A DNA stretch of 64,000 nucleotides from the human T2T-CHM13v2.0 reference genome, Homo sapiens, in assembly GCF_009914755.1 (NCBI RefSeq), contig NC_060929.1; one strand, given 5' to 3'. How positions within the stretch are numbered: position 1 is the first letter of the stretch; every line of letters starts with the position of its first letter. The notes under the pieces are model-generated. The model saw only the letters and a list, made by a program, of their open reading frames with translations. It was not told the origin of the DNA and ran no database searches. Made by a program: the position numbers and the translations under genes. Shown here one piece after another: positions 1-13,563 of this stretch.

Positions 1-407
1 TGGGGAGTAAGTTCCAACATATGAATTTGAGAGGGACACCAGCTTTCAGACCATAGCAGACATACTTACATTATTTGTTGTTTATTGAAAACTTAAAAGT
101 ATTTGAGTGTCCTATATTTTTATTTGCCAAATCTAGCAATTCTGTTTATGAAGCTCACTAATTTTACAATTTCCTTTTTTTTTAAAAAAAAATGGGAATT
201 TTTCATTAATGCCAGTCCCCCTTCACTAATCTACAAATCCTAGAAGACTGAGGACAGGATTAGGGATAAATTGGTCTTGTATTAATCTTGCTGATTTGTC
301 CTTCGTGTTTGAAATAGTATCTGGAACATAGTAGGAGCTCAATAAATATTGTCAAATGAATTAATGACCTGTTGGAGAAAAACAGTATAAACATGAACAA
401 GTTTCTT

Positions 408-1183
408 TTTTAATTTTAATTTTAATTTCATGTTCTGGGATACATGTGCAGGTTTGTAACATAGGTAAACATGTGCCATGGTGGTTTGCTGCACCTATCA
501 ACCCATCATCTAGGTATTAAGCCCAGAATGCATTAGCTATTTTTCCTAATGCTCTCCCTTCCCTCAGTCCCTCCCCAACAGGCCCCAGTGTGTATTGTTC
601 CCCTCCCTGTGTCCATATGTTCTCATTGTTCAGCTCCGACTTATAAGTGAGAACATGCAGTATTTGGCGTTCTGTTCCTGCATTAGTTTGCTGAGGATAA
701 TGGCTTTTAGCTCCATCCATGTCCCTGCAAAGGACATGATCTCATTCCTTTTTATGGCTGCATAGTATTCCATGGTGTATATGTACCACATTTTCTATAT
801 CCACCTTATCATTGATGGGCATTTAGGTTGATTCCATGTCTTTGCTATTGTGAATAGCACTGCAATGAACATACATGTGCATGTGTTTTTGTAATAGAAT
901 GATTTATATTCCTTTGGTTATATACCCAGTAATGGGATTGCTAGGTCCAATGGTATTTCTGGTTCTAGATCTTTGAAGAATCGCCACACTGTCTTCCACA
1001 ATGATTGAACTAATTTACATTCCCACCAACAGTGGAAAAGCATTCCTATTTCTCTGCAATCTTGCCAGCATCTATTATTTCTTGATTTTTTAATAATCAC
1101 CATTCTGACTGGTGTGAGAAGGTATCTCATTGTGGTTCCGATTTGCATTTCTCTAATGATCAGATATGTTGAGCTTTTTTAAC
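408..1183 (-). mobile_element. 5'-truncated primate L1 (L1PA7-11-like): ORF2 C-terminus and 3'UTR
   Basis: Minus-strand ORF MQIGTTMRYLLTPVRMVIIKKSRNNRCW... is the L1 ORF2 C-terminus; L1PA 3'UTR; perfect 16-bp TSD catgaacaagtttctt at 392-407 and 1184-1199. Confidence 0.93.
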
Positions 1184-3080
1184 CATGAACAAGTTTCTTA
1201 ACCTCTCTAAGCCTAAATTTTTTCAGCTGTGAAAAGATGATTTTGTAATCTACTCTTTGGGATTGCATGTAGAGACAGCATAAGGAGAATATACGCAAAG
1301 CTCCTAGCATGTTACTTCATAGGCACTGTACTTTAAAAGGTATCTTTTCTTTTGTCTCCATATGTATCTTGTAAAATGAGAGGATACCTTTTTGATGTAT
1401 AAAATTCCACTTTGTTTTCATTATACTGCAATTTCAGAAGCAATCGATGTTTCCCAAGTATTTACCTAATGCAAGGTAGTCCAGAGGATTCAGCTATGCA
1501 GTTACAAAAGTCCTGTTCTCAAGGAGCACCTATCTGTGGGCTGATAACACCTAGGGCCAGCTTCATGGGTCTTTAGCCTTAACAGTCACACTAAGCTTCA
1601 CGTTTAGAAGAATGCTACATTTGGTTTAGTGTTCTGCTATCACCTCTTGAAATTCTGTGAGTGTGGGGTCCCATGTTTCCCTTTTGCATTGGGCCCTGCC
1701 AATTGTGTAGGTGGTCTTGTTAAGCTATGCATATTTGTATCCAGCAAATGCATGCAGAGCATTGTATTTAGTCTTCGTGGTAACCCTGGCCCTCTCCTTA
1801 CTCAGAGAACTTGTGATTTTCCTGAGATGCATGGCTTATAATTAACTAAACCAAGTAATCAAACACCTAGTTCAGTGTTCTTTCTGCTACATCATGCCTG
1901 TCTTCACCTAATTACAATCATCTAGTGTGTTCAGACCTTTAGATGAGCATCTGGAGCTTTTAAAGACTATATCCTTAGGTCTCCTATTCTTCGGTGACTG
2001 CAGTGAATCCTCACTGCCATCACTGCTCCTGTAATTGCTGAACAAATGGAACTTAAAGTTCTAGTTCTGCCTTTGTAGAAACACCAGGAACACCAGCAGC
2101 TTGATTTCTAAGATGCTATCTCTTCCAATATTTAGGTTTTAACATCTGCAAATGTATGCAAGATAAGTAGTGAACTTTGGGGGGCTAAAATTTATCTAGG
2201 AGAAATATCTGAGATGTTTTATTCTTTGCTTTAAATTACCCAGCTGAGTCACGCAGCACGGAAGTTTCTGCAGCAAGGAACAGCCATGTATTTTGGCAGT
2301 GGGTAGAGAAGGTGACCCACTTTGTCATTTCAAGCTCCGACTAGCCTCTTTTAAAATGCACGTATTTTAATATCACTTTTTAGTAGTTCTAAGCACGCCA
2401 ATTTTCTTGATTTCATTTTTGTGCTTCATATCTAAGAAGTGATATTCTAATAAATCCATGGAGCCATTGTCGTGTTTGCCCTCACACCATTCTTTTCAAC
2501 ACAAGACAGAATACTCCAGTCAATGCATATTAAACACATCACTAGCTGCATTGAACACAAAACAATTTAAGTGTAAAGTCTATTACTTTTTGAAGCATCC
2601 AATTAAATCTGCAACCTGTGTTTCCTGTTGGCCACATCCATGTGAAGGCAGAAATTACAGACTCACAATAGCAACCATAATCACTTCTGTGGTTCTCGTC
2701 TGACCCCAATTGTGGCATTCCCCGCCTGCTTCAAAGATTCCTCACTATTCTTTGAGTCCTTGAAGATTGCTTCTGTAGTTCTTGTCTCCTGCTCTGGTCC
2801 CTGCAGCAACATCACCACAGTGTTGCCCAGCCTGCCTCTCACTGCCCAGAATGCCTTGGTTCCAGTGTTGTGGAATCTGCTGATGCTGCCCTGTGCTGTT
2901 GATGTCCCTGGAGAGTTTAGAGAATCTGTGAATGTATGAGGCCTGGTGTACGAACATGCCAAGTGATACAGTGTACTGTATTTACAATCAGTTCCCCTCT
3001 CTAATGCAGGTCCTTTGTCCTAGGACCATAAATAATGGGCCTCAAATTGCCTTTCACTCAGAATAAGCTTTCTATGAGAC

Positions 3081-3181
3081 TTTTTTTTTTTTTTAAGCCT
3101 ACAGCTCATGTTCCCAGGTGGTCTTCCACTCAAGTACTAATCAGGCCTGACCCTGCTCAGCTTCCAAGTTGAGATAAAATC
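3081..3181 (-). pseudogene. 5S rRNA processed pseudogene, 5'-truncated, with poly(A) tail
   Basis: 3095-3181 aagcctacagc...ttcccaggtggtcttccactcaagtactaatcaggcctgaccctgctcagcttcc is the reverse complement of the 3' two-thirds of 5S rRNA; T14 tail at 3081-3094; gagactt direct repeat at 3076 and 3186. Confidence 0.9.
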
Positions 3182-5351
3182 CCAAGAGACTTCTTAGTCC
3201 CTCCCCTTCTAATCATGCTCAGAGGTATCAGAATACTCATCAGAATTTTATATGTTTATTGCATCATTATTTGCAGTGGTGAAAAATTGAAACAACCTAT
3301 ATGTCTATCAGAACCTGATCACATTAATTATGGTTACTCCAAATAATGAAATACTACACAGCCACTGAAATGAATGAGGTGAACCTACATGGTAAAATGG
3401 AAATATTTTGAAGATGTTGTTAGTTAAAAATATAGCAATTTATGACCAGAATATAAATATACATATTTAGTAGAACCGATATAGTATGATTCTACTAAAA
3501 AGAATTTAAGGTACATTACAGAGTTTGGAAGAATAAAGATCAAACTCTCTTATCTTTTAGCGTATGGAAAGGACCTTACATATTTTACTTTATATATTTC
3601 TGAATTGTTTGAGTTTTCAACAATAAGCACACATGACTTTTGTAATTAAGGCACCAGTAGAGGTGGTAAATATTAATTTCAATATACACCTGCAATGCTG
3701 TTTTTCAAGCATGTGTAAGTATTAGTGTTCTAGTGGCTAAAAAAGTGGTGCCAGTTTTTCTCATGGATCTTTTTCCAGGCAATAATGTAGGTGAGGTCAT
3801 CTAAGTTGTGAGAACGTAAATTGCTTTGGTACTCAATACAACTATTTTCATTTTGAATGAAAAAGGAACATGGCTATAAACACTCAATACAGTGACCTTT
3901 GAGCAGGGGCTGCTCATTGCTGACTTAGGTCACTAGAGCTGAGGATCGACCCCCATTCCTCCACCCCCATCCTCAATAAATCTTATTTGTCCAATAGCTG
4001 TCAAAAGCCTGTATTAATACTTGGAATATTTTGCTTTTAGGCACATTTTTCACTCTACTCGACTGTGTATTTGACGGGATGGGAGATTGGCATTTTTTTA
4101 TCTTCTCTTGCTGTGGGCTGGGAATGTTCTCCCTCCTACCATCTCTTCTTCCCCAACTCCCGCCATACACATATTTATCTGTGGAAAAGTCTCCTAATCA
4201 TCCTTCAATCCTCAGCTCGAAGGTCCCTTTTCATGACACTCCACAGCTCTTTCTCAGTCTCTCCTAGGCCCCTTGCAGCTCCAGCTGTGGAGTGCGTCTC
4301 ATATTATGTCATGGTGGCTGCTCTATGTGTATTTTCCTACTAGACTTTTATACCTTGAGGAAGAGGCCAAGCCACTGAGATATTTGTAACTCTTGGCACT
4401 GGACACATAGGGGCTGGAAGCATTTTAAATTATTTTTAAACCTTTTTTATTAAGGTATATTATATAGAAAGAAAAGTGCATATTTAATAAGGGTATAGCT
4501 GCCTTTTCACAAACTGAACATGTCTCTTTATAGAGCACCCATCGAAAATCAGAAAGAATATTTCTAATGCCCCAGAGGTCCCTTGCATGCTCCTTCCAGT
4601 CATAACTATCTCCCACTATCCTGACTTCAGTCCTTTGGAGGTGCTTATCAAGTTCTCCCTCTCCTGCTCTGAATTCCATTGTTCCCTGCGCAAGGTCTGA
4701 GAAGCTGCTTGGCAGAGTCTTGCTTCTGCCAGTGGACATGCGAGTGGTGTGACTGTGTCCAGAATGTTGTTTGGGTGCCCAGAACTTCCAGTCCACAAGG
4801 TAGAGGCAGAGAAAAGAGCCCCTAATTAATTGCACACTTAGCCATTGGCCCTGCAAAGCAGCTTCGCTTGTGACCAAATTCTAAGCCCCTCATGAGCAAT
4901 TCTATCATTTGACCTCCATGCCTTGTCCAGAATTTCACAAAACTGTTCTTGCACGGTCCTTTAGACCTGGGCCTTATTCTTCTTATCCTCCAAATATGAA
5001 CTCATTCCAGTGAATCGGAATGCAACAAACTGACTTCCAGACTGTTCAAATTTCTCCTCTATCAGCTGGCTTCTGAGCCGCAGTGATCTGGATAAAGCAC
5101 ATTGCATTCATCCCTCTCTCTGTACTAAATATTCTGAATTCTTATCACAAGGCCAAGAAACTCATTGGAGAACACTGGGCTCTTATCAAATTATTTTTCC
5201 CCCTTGTAGACTTGCTTCTAATGTCTTTCCCTTTGACATCACTATTCCAAGGAACAGTTTTAAGGAACTTCCCATATTTATTTTAAGGATGTTGCCCATT
5301 ATATTACCCGTTGCCCTATTCATTACTGTCTATTCAAGAAATGTTTTTGGA

Positions 5352-5497
5352 GCTGGATGCAGTAGCACACACCTGTAGTCCCTGCTACTTGGGAGGTTTA
5401 AACAGGATTGCTTGAGCTTAGGAGTTCAAGACCAGCCTGGGCAAAATGGTGAGACTCTGTAAATAAAGAAACAAACAAGTAAATAAATAAATAAATA
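5352..5497 (+). mobile_element. Free Alu monomer (FLAM-like) with (AAAT)n tail
   Basis: Single Alu arm ending ...ggtgagactctgt plus A-rich tail; TSD aaatgtttttggag (5339-5352) / aaatgtctttggag (5498-5511). Confidence 0.85.
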
Positions 5498-5574
5498 AAA
5501 TGTCTTTGGAGTTTCAGCACTATAAGAAACTGTGAGTCTCCTGAGAAATGATTTTGTTTTATCAATTAAATTCA

Positions 5575-6700
5575 TGATGGTATAATTTTTTTCCACAGAA
5601 AACATAGATTATAAATATATAGCTGGATCAGTTTGACAGGTGTATACATCTGTGTAGCCAAAAGCATATCTCCATTACCTTAGAAAGTTCCCTGTATCCC
5701 TTTTCATTCATTGCCTCCTTTCCCAGAGACACTGTCCTAATTTTTATCACCAAAGATTGGTTTTGCTTATACTTGAAATTCAAATAAAAGGAATCATACA
5801 GTATGTACTCTTGTGTCTGTTTTCTTTTTTTTAACACCGTATTTTTGAAAAGATTCATGTTTTTTTGTGTATCAATAGTCAATTCTTTGTCATTGCTGAA
5901 TGCATAGTATTACATTATATGAATATACCACAATTTGTTTCTCTGTTTATCTGTTGGTAGATGTTTGAGTTGTTTCCACATTGGAGCTATTATCAATAAA
6001 GTATCTATGAACATCCTTGTGCATGTTTTGCTATGTAATGTAGTATTCACAGGTTCTGGGGATCAAGAAGTGAATATATCTTTGGGGAACCATTTTTCTG
6101 CATACCACACCTTCTGTATATCTTCTCTGATGCAGTGTCTGTTTATATATTTTGCCATTTTTCAATTGGGTTGCTTGCTTTCTTATTGTTGAATTTTAAG
6201 AGTTCTTTGTGTATTTTGGATACCAGATATGTATTTAATCAGATATGTGTTTGCAAATATTTCCTCCTAGTGTGGCTTGTCTTTTTATACTATTGACAGT
6301 GTCTTTTGATGAAAAAGAGTTTTAAATTTTAATAAAGTCCAATTTTTCTCTTTTTTTTCCTTTCATGGATCATGCTGTTTGTGTGGTATCTAAAAATCTC
6401 ACCAAAAAGCCCAAGGTTATATAGATTTCTTTCAATGTTTTTTTTCTAGAGATTTTATAGTTTTACATTTTATAATTGGGTCTATACTCCATTTTAATTT
6501 TTGTTTAAAATGAAATATATAGTTTCAGAGGCTTTTAAATTAACAGACTTTATATTTTTGAGTGGTTTATAGAAAAATTGAAAATAAAGTACAGAGTTCC
6601 CAGTTACTCCACCCTCATGAGGTCCCAGTTCTTGCATCCATGTAGTAGATTTGTCACAATTGATGAGCCATTACTGATACATTATTATTAACTGAAGTAG
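5575..6700 (-). mobile_element. Old L1M (L1ME/L1MC-like) fragments
   Basis: Degenerate L1M 3' motifs (ggaatcatacagtatgtactctt, ttgcaaatatttcctcc, tgatgagccattactgatacattatt); boundaries approximate. Confidence 0.65.
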
Positions 6701-8010
6701 TAGAATTTCATTGATATGCCTCTTATTAATTAACAAATCAGTTTCTTCAATAAAGGCTATCCAGAGTTTCAGTTTCTTCTTATGTCAGCTTTAGTGTGCT
6801 GCCTTTAAAAAGAAATTTGTCAATTTTATCTGGATTGTCAAACTTATTGCATAGTTATTTATCATCATTAGTTTGTTTTTATCTTGTAGACTCTGTGATT
6901 CTTGTATCTAATTGTATTTATTTCATTGCTTTGACTTCTCAGGTCAGTCAAGTTTTTATATAGAGTCTTCCAAAGTCATGTGGCATTATCCAAAGACCTT
7001 TAAAAATATATATGAATTATTTAAGAATCATTTCTATTTCATTAGAACGTGGAAGATTAGTTGCCTGTGGTTATATACAAGTTTTTTAAACTCATAATTT
7101 ATTTTTTTGTCATTGAATAAAAGCTCTAAAAATATCAGAATGTTAGTAACTAGATAGAATGGTATATTTAGTTAATTTGAAAAATAACTAAGTGATAGAA
7201 GCCAGGTTTGTGGAAAATACCAATCCCTTTGAAAGCAAAACTGTTGATAAAAAAATGAATTACTCATGGGTTTTTCTTTGGGTCTACTCATTACTTAATG
7301 CTGTATATGTTTAAAATCTAAAAGGATAAATGAATTCTGATTTGAATTTTGATAACAAAGGCTTTATTTTGTGAAAACTATCGGTCTTAATCCTTATTAC
7401 ATCTCTGCCTGCTTTTACATGAATCTGTCAGGATACAGAAGCTTTACATATTCTATCTTTCCACGTGATTGTAGGGGAGTGAGTTCATGAAATACACATT
7501 GGTATGATTTGTTGAAGGGTTTTTCTAATACCCAGCACCTCATATGGCTTGGATTGAGCATTTATGTTTATATTGCACTGGTTAACTTCTATCTTTTCCC
7601 TATATTTTACCCATTGCTTCTTTTTCCTAATATCTATCAATTCCATGTCCAACATCATAAATTTCTTATTGGCTTTCCCTATTCTTCTTTTAACAATACT
7701 TGTATTCTTTATGCTGAGAAAAAAGGAAAACTGTCTCATTTGATATATGAGACATTGATTGCCACATCATGCTGCTTACATCAACCACTTTAAAAGTTAG
7801 TGACATAAAGCAACAATCATTTATTTTCATCCACAAATCTGTAAATTGGCTGAGGGCTAGGTGGTCTAGACTGAGCATGGCTGGGGTTTTTTCAAGTTGC
7901 ATTTTGAATTCAGGTCTTTTATCCTCCTGGGTTAATAAATTACCCAGTTCATGTTTTCTGCGTGGAGGTGGCAGAAGTATGTGAAAGGTGAGCAGAAACA
8001 TGTGATGCCT

Positions 8011-8429
8011 TGTGATGATTAGTTTTATGCATCTACTAAATTGGGCCATGGGGTGCCCAGATATTTGGTTAAACATTATTTCTGGGTTTGTCTGTGAGGG
8101 TATTTCTAGAGGCAATTACCTTTTGAATTGGCAGACTGAGCAAAGCAGATTCCTAGGCCTCACCCAATCTGTTGAAGGCTTGAATAGAATAAAAGGCTGA
8201 TTAAAAAAGAATTCTTTCTCTCTGCCTGACTGTCTTTGAGCTGGGACATTGATCTTCTACCTTTGGATTCAGGCTTTGATTTAAATTATACCATTGACCC
8301 TCCTGGGTCTGCACTTCTTAGCCTCCATAATTGCATGAGCCGATTCCTTATAACAAGTCTCTTTATTATTTCTCTCTATATTTATATCCATATGCATCCT
8401 TCTAGTTCTGTTTCTCTGAAGCTAATACC
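8011..8429 (+). mobile_element. MLT2 (ERVL) solo LTR, nested in an older MLT1-like LTR
   Basis: Starts tgtgatgattagttttatg...tgcccagatatttggttaaacattatttctggg and ends gtttctctgaagctaatac; 5-bp TSD tgcct/tacct. Confidence 0.8.
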
Positions 8430-10747
8430 TACCTCTTAACCCTAGACTCAGAGCTGGTACACTGCCACTCAGCCCACATTCCATTGACCAAAGACCTACA
8501 GTGCACAATACAGTTCCACATAAGCAAAGCCTTGCCTTGCATGTCGCACAGTTTTCCAGTGTCCCAGCAGATATCTATTTAGGTAAAAAAATCTGTTTCT
8601 AATAATTTAAGCCTAGAATTGTATTCTGTTTTATATATAAACACAGTATCTTTTGCACAATTTTGATATGTTGTAAATTTTCTAGGAGTAAAACTACTTG
8701 TAAATCAAGGGAAGACTATATTTTGTTGTGTTTAAAGTCTTACTGAGAGTTGTTCATCATTTCTGCATATCACATTACCACTGGTGACAAACCTATTTGT
8801 GACATTAAGTTGCTAATAAGCACACCTGTATTTGTCTACATTGGCATTTCTTGCATTTGTGATTATTCTACACTTAGATATTAGCATCCAATGTCTTCAT
8901 TTTGTATTTGAGAGTTGTTACACTGGAACATATACATATTTTAAAACATAATTTGTTATTATTTCTTCTATTTGACCTTAAGGCATTATGCTGATATTTT
9001 AAATTTATGTGTAGAGGTAGATTATAATATCTATGAATATTATTTAATAAGGCATTGCTAAATATGTGTTATTACTAGGTGCTTTTGAACATCTCTAAAT
9101 CCTCTATATTTTAGCACTACATTGTAGTAAGCTGACATATTTGGAGGTGGGAAAGGAGAAGGATATAATACAGAGAGCTCTTCTATCTTAATATTGTGTC
9201 TGAAGGGAACATGTTCTTTCTGTGAAGGCAGTCACATTATTCTCTCTCTGGCAGTAGTTGAGAGAGGGTAGTGTGTGAGCTGGGCCTACCTACAGAGATG
9301 GGTGATCTGGAGAAAATGTGCAAGCGTTTACCATAATTCTGCCTCTGAGGCTCTCCTGAAACCCAGGCAGTCCGAAGGCTTGTCCTGTGAAGGTCCTGAG
9401 TTTTTTACTGTGCAGCTCTAATTTTGATTAGTAATGAGTAGGAACAGGGGAAGCTTAGGGAGAAAAGAAACAGGTGTTCAAAGATGGCTGCTTCAACAAC
9501 TGTGGGAGATGCCCAGTAGGAATCTGGTGGTTTCTTTCTAATACTATTTTTTAAATTCTGTTATTCTTAGAGGTCACTGTCAGTCAGTGTTTCCTGTGGG
9601 AGTCCCCTGCCAGAGTCTTCTGTGTATAAGAGTGGGAGCCTCCTGACTTGCTTCCTGAAGAGACTCTTACAAAAGAGGGGCTGAAGGCCTGGTGACCAAT
9701 CTTTGTCCATAAGCTCAAGGATATTATATTTTCCTATTAAATGAAACTGATTTAAGGGCAATTCAGAAGAAATAAATCAGAAGACATTGAAAGAGTGACC
9801 CAGGACTAAATAACAGATGCTGCTCAGTGGGCCTTTTTGTCTAAAGCTGGAGTATTGATAAAGGCATCACACTCTATCTGCGGCATGCAGAAGACATTGT
9901 TGTCGGGGCAAAGCTATCCTCATTTATTGATAAATACATTACAGCTAATTGTTTTCCCAAACATTCATCACTCTGAACCTGATACGTAATAATCATGCCT
10001 GCCTTTTGGCATACAGATGTGTGTGCACAAAGTTTGATTATATTCAACAGCAGTAAATGCAAAATGAACAAACAAAACAAAACAAAAACAACAAATAATC
10101 AAACAATAAACCTGTAAAGGTTAACATCCACTTCCCAGAAAGCCTGAGGAGAAAAGCCAGTGATTAATATAATTAAATGTGAGACCATGAATCCAGGTCA
10201 TCTTATACCTGTACCTTTATTTAATATCAGGAGAATGATGCAATTCTTCTTACGGGCTGACATCAGCAAAACCTGCTGGCCCTAGAAGTTGTGGAGGCAT
10301 TGGAGCGCTGCCTAAATTGCCCACTGATGGGGAGAATCTGAGCCAAGATTAAAGGGATGCTTTGCAATGAAGAACTAAGTTATTTGCTCCCAGCTTTGGG
10401 GCATTATGTACTTCCTTATTACCATATTATATATTATTACCTTATTACCCTATGAGTTGCTATGTTGATTATCATGTCAGACAGTTGGTGTAACATCATA
10501 TTTCACTTAATAAAAGTCCCAGATATGATGGAAAATAACAGTTCATTCTGTATGTGATCTGCTGGCTTAGAATTTTTTTTCTTACTAGACGATTTTGAAA
10601 TTGGGTACTACAAAATTTAAAACTTGTATGATCTTTGCCTAAGATTGAAGTGCTATAAAATGTATACCTGAGCTCCTGAGACTCCTAGTGATGTTTTTGA
10701 AATATTTTTACTGTACTTCCTGTTTGCCATATTAGTGCTTTCTTTTG

Positions 10748-10750
<3 letters not shown>

Positions 10751-10786
<36 letters not shown>
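10751..10786. repeat. (GT)18 microsatellite
   Basis: Perfect dinucleotide run. Confidence 0.97.
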
Positions 10787-10787
<1 letters not shown>

Positions 10788-12162
10788 TTGTCTTCATGTC
10801 CTGTTGCTGCTAGTGATGAGTTGTAACATCTTCACTCAGGAAATGATGACATCGTTAAATGCCTTCTCAGGGTTCTCTGATCACACTGTACTTTTCTGCT
10901 TATAAGGGTTTCCTTCTCTCTCAGGATAACCAACCACTGATTTTTAGTCTGGCTGACATATGACAACACAGAATTCTCTTTCATAGCAGTTTTCACTGTG
11001 TCTTTGACTGACAGCACTGGGAATCAGGATCTCTAGCTTCTCAACATAACATCTTCTCAGGCTAACTATTGGTTTCATTCTTAGCCTGTAGGACATTTGG
11101 GTTTATGTTCAAGGTAGTTCAGCTTAACCTTCTATTAACAGTAAGAAGGATTCATATTGTATTTTCTGATCATACCAGGTTTTCCTTCTCTTCATCCGAG
11201 CTGAATTTCTCATCCACCATTTCAAGTTTAATTCTAAGAACTAATATGTGTCTCTGAGAGTGTATTTTTTAGGCTCAGATTTCTCATGTCTCAGAAGTGG
11301 TAACACTGAGAGTTGTGGTTAGATGTAAATTCTGGCTCTTATTTGAATTTTTAGAACATGCCCAAAGTCTCTGAATGTACAACCATGTCAGCAAATTGGC
11401 CAAAATATTTTATTTGTAAGATGCTCAGTAAGCATTTATTGTATCAATTAGCCATAAAATTAGCAAATTCTTTTTAGCTTTGTTAAATATTAGGATAATA
11501 GGAAAAGGAGGAGCTTTAGAGAAATCATGACCTTTTTTTAGTTCTGGTTTGTGTAAAGCTGCCTTTGGGTCAACTGGAGGTCCAGTTTGGCGACTTATTT
11601 GCTTATTAGCTCATAAGCTACAGCTATGCTAGATGAAATAAATGCAACTTCACAGTATGTAAGAAAACTAGCATCAAATTCAACTTTTTTCTACGTTTGA
11701 ATTAAATTATACATTTAATTCAACTTAGCATCAGTTATTGCCCTTAAAGAGCACTCTTTCCTATGGGATCATAAAAGGTGCTGGAATTTCTCTAGAGATA
11801 AGAAGTCACACTAGTGATTTAATAACAGTCTTTAAGTATTTAAAGGGCATATGCCAAAAGATAATGCCTACTTTCTCTTCTTAACAGGATTGAAGAAAAT
11901 AGACATTAGGAGATAACTGAAATATTTTAAAAAATGAAATAGAAATTTCAATCAATCAACAAATTGACCATCTCCCTTGTGCAAGGGATATGCTATGCTA
12001 ATTAGGAGAACTGAGGTGGGTGGGATCTCAATAAGCATGCATACCTGTGAGGGAGAGCTCAGACAAGTTGTCTATCAGCCCTGTGCAACAGAGTGAGGAT
12101 TCAGTAAAAGAAGTCCAGAACTCCATGGTGGTTTGAAGGCAACAGTCTGGTGTTTGCTCGAG

Positions 12163-12396
12163 GTAGGGTTTCTCAACCTCAGCACTACTGACATTTTGGA
12201 CCAGATAATTCTTTGTTGACAGAGGCTGTCCTGTGCATCGTAAGATGGCTTATGACAGCCTTGGCATCTACCTAGTAGATGACAGTAGCATTCTCCCCTG
12301 CATTGTCACAACCAAAAATGTTTCCAAATATTTCCACACGTCCCCAAGGCTGGGGGTTGGGGGGAGTGCAGAATTGCCCTCGTTTAATAACCACTG
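12163..12396. mobile_element. MER20 (hAT-Charlie) DNA transposon
   Basis: ggtttctcaacctcagcactactgacattttggaccagataattctttgttg...acaaccaaaaatgtttcc...aaccactg matches the MER20 pattern. Confidence 0.85.
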
Positions 12397-13492
12397 ATTT
12401 AGAAAATGGCTTTTGACATTCTCCCTAAAGTGCAGTAAGTTTTATCAGGCCAAAAGAGGGAGATGCAGGATGTATGGGAGAGGGAATCTTGTGAATGGGG
12501 GTGCAGAGGTGGAGCACCCTGGGTGATTTGGGGAGTGGCGAGTGATCCTCTTGGTCTGGGAGAGAGGACAGAAACACAGGCAGTGGTGGGAGATTGAGCT
12601 GAAGGGTGGGTGGGACTCTGTGAAGGTCAGGTGCAGCAGTTTGGGCTCAATTTCAGCAGAAGTTACCTTTATCGGAACCACACATTTAGAAAGATTAATT
12701 TGAAATCAGGTGTACAGTGGCTTAGGTCAGGAACAGCCTTGAGGTAGAAATACCAGTTAGGAGTGGCCAATTTCCATTACTTTGTAGAGATGAAATTCTG
12801 TTCTTCATTCATTCTGTGAAGTGGCTAGCCCATATGTATTTATCATGTCTCTTGAGTGCTAGGCACTGCCCCAGCTGTGGGAGGTAGAACCTAGAAGACA
12901 AAGTGCCTGTTCTCATGGAGTTTACAGTCTAGAGGGGTTGAGATGGACAATTAGCAAATAAAAATGAAACTATCAGAAGAACTTTCAAACAGTACTTAAA
13001 AGCTATGAAGACAGTGCAGCAGTTGATGTCAGGGACAGTGACTGCTAATAATTATTATAAAATTCATTATAAGAAACTCAGACATACTCATAGTTTTTTA
13101 CATCAACATTTATTAGAAATTTCATCCAAAGGTGGCCAAAAATAGAGGTAAAATAGAATATATGTTTCTCCTATTGGCACATGAATGTCTCTGCTATGAA
13201 GAACTTTTTTTGGTAAATTTATTCATTGGAGAGAGGCTTTACTGCATGATTATGAGGACATTGAGACAGAGTAGAAGGGGAAGAGGAAAGAAGGCAACTA
13301 ACATTTGCAAGGTTCCCAACACATGCTGCTGTGCTGCTGGGCACTTGATATTTAGTTTTTATCACACCCTCAGTCCAGGTCACTGTCATCTCTCACTTGG
13401 AATAATATAACAACTTCCTAACAGGATCTTTGGACTTCAGTTTTGTCCGTCTTCATACCATTATCCTACCTGAATGACCTTTGTAAAACACA

Positions 13493-13563
13493 AAAGCACC
13501 ATGTCTGTTCTTGTGTTTAAAATCACCAAAACACCATGTCTGTTCTTGTGTTTAAAATCACCA
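13493..13563. repeat. 35-bp direct tandem duplication (1 mismatch) inside an L2 relic
   Basis: aaagcaccatgtctgttcttgtgtttaaaatcacc followed immediately by aaaacaccatgtctgttcttgtgtttaaaatcacc. Confidence 0.93.

Noticed and set aside
2681-2962. Three overlapping ORFs in a moderately GC-rich patch
   Set aside because: No recognisable protein, splice signals or pseudogene tail; cannot be supported without a database search.
10800-11260. Purine-rich minus-strand stretch resembling decayed coding sequence
   Set aside because: Frames are broken by stops and I could not assign a family; possibly an ancient repeat, but unsupported.
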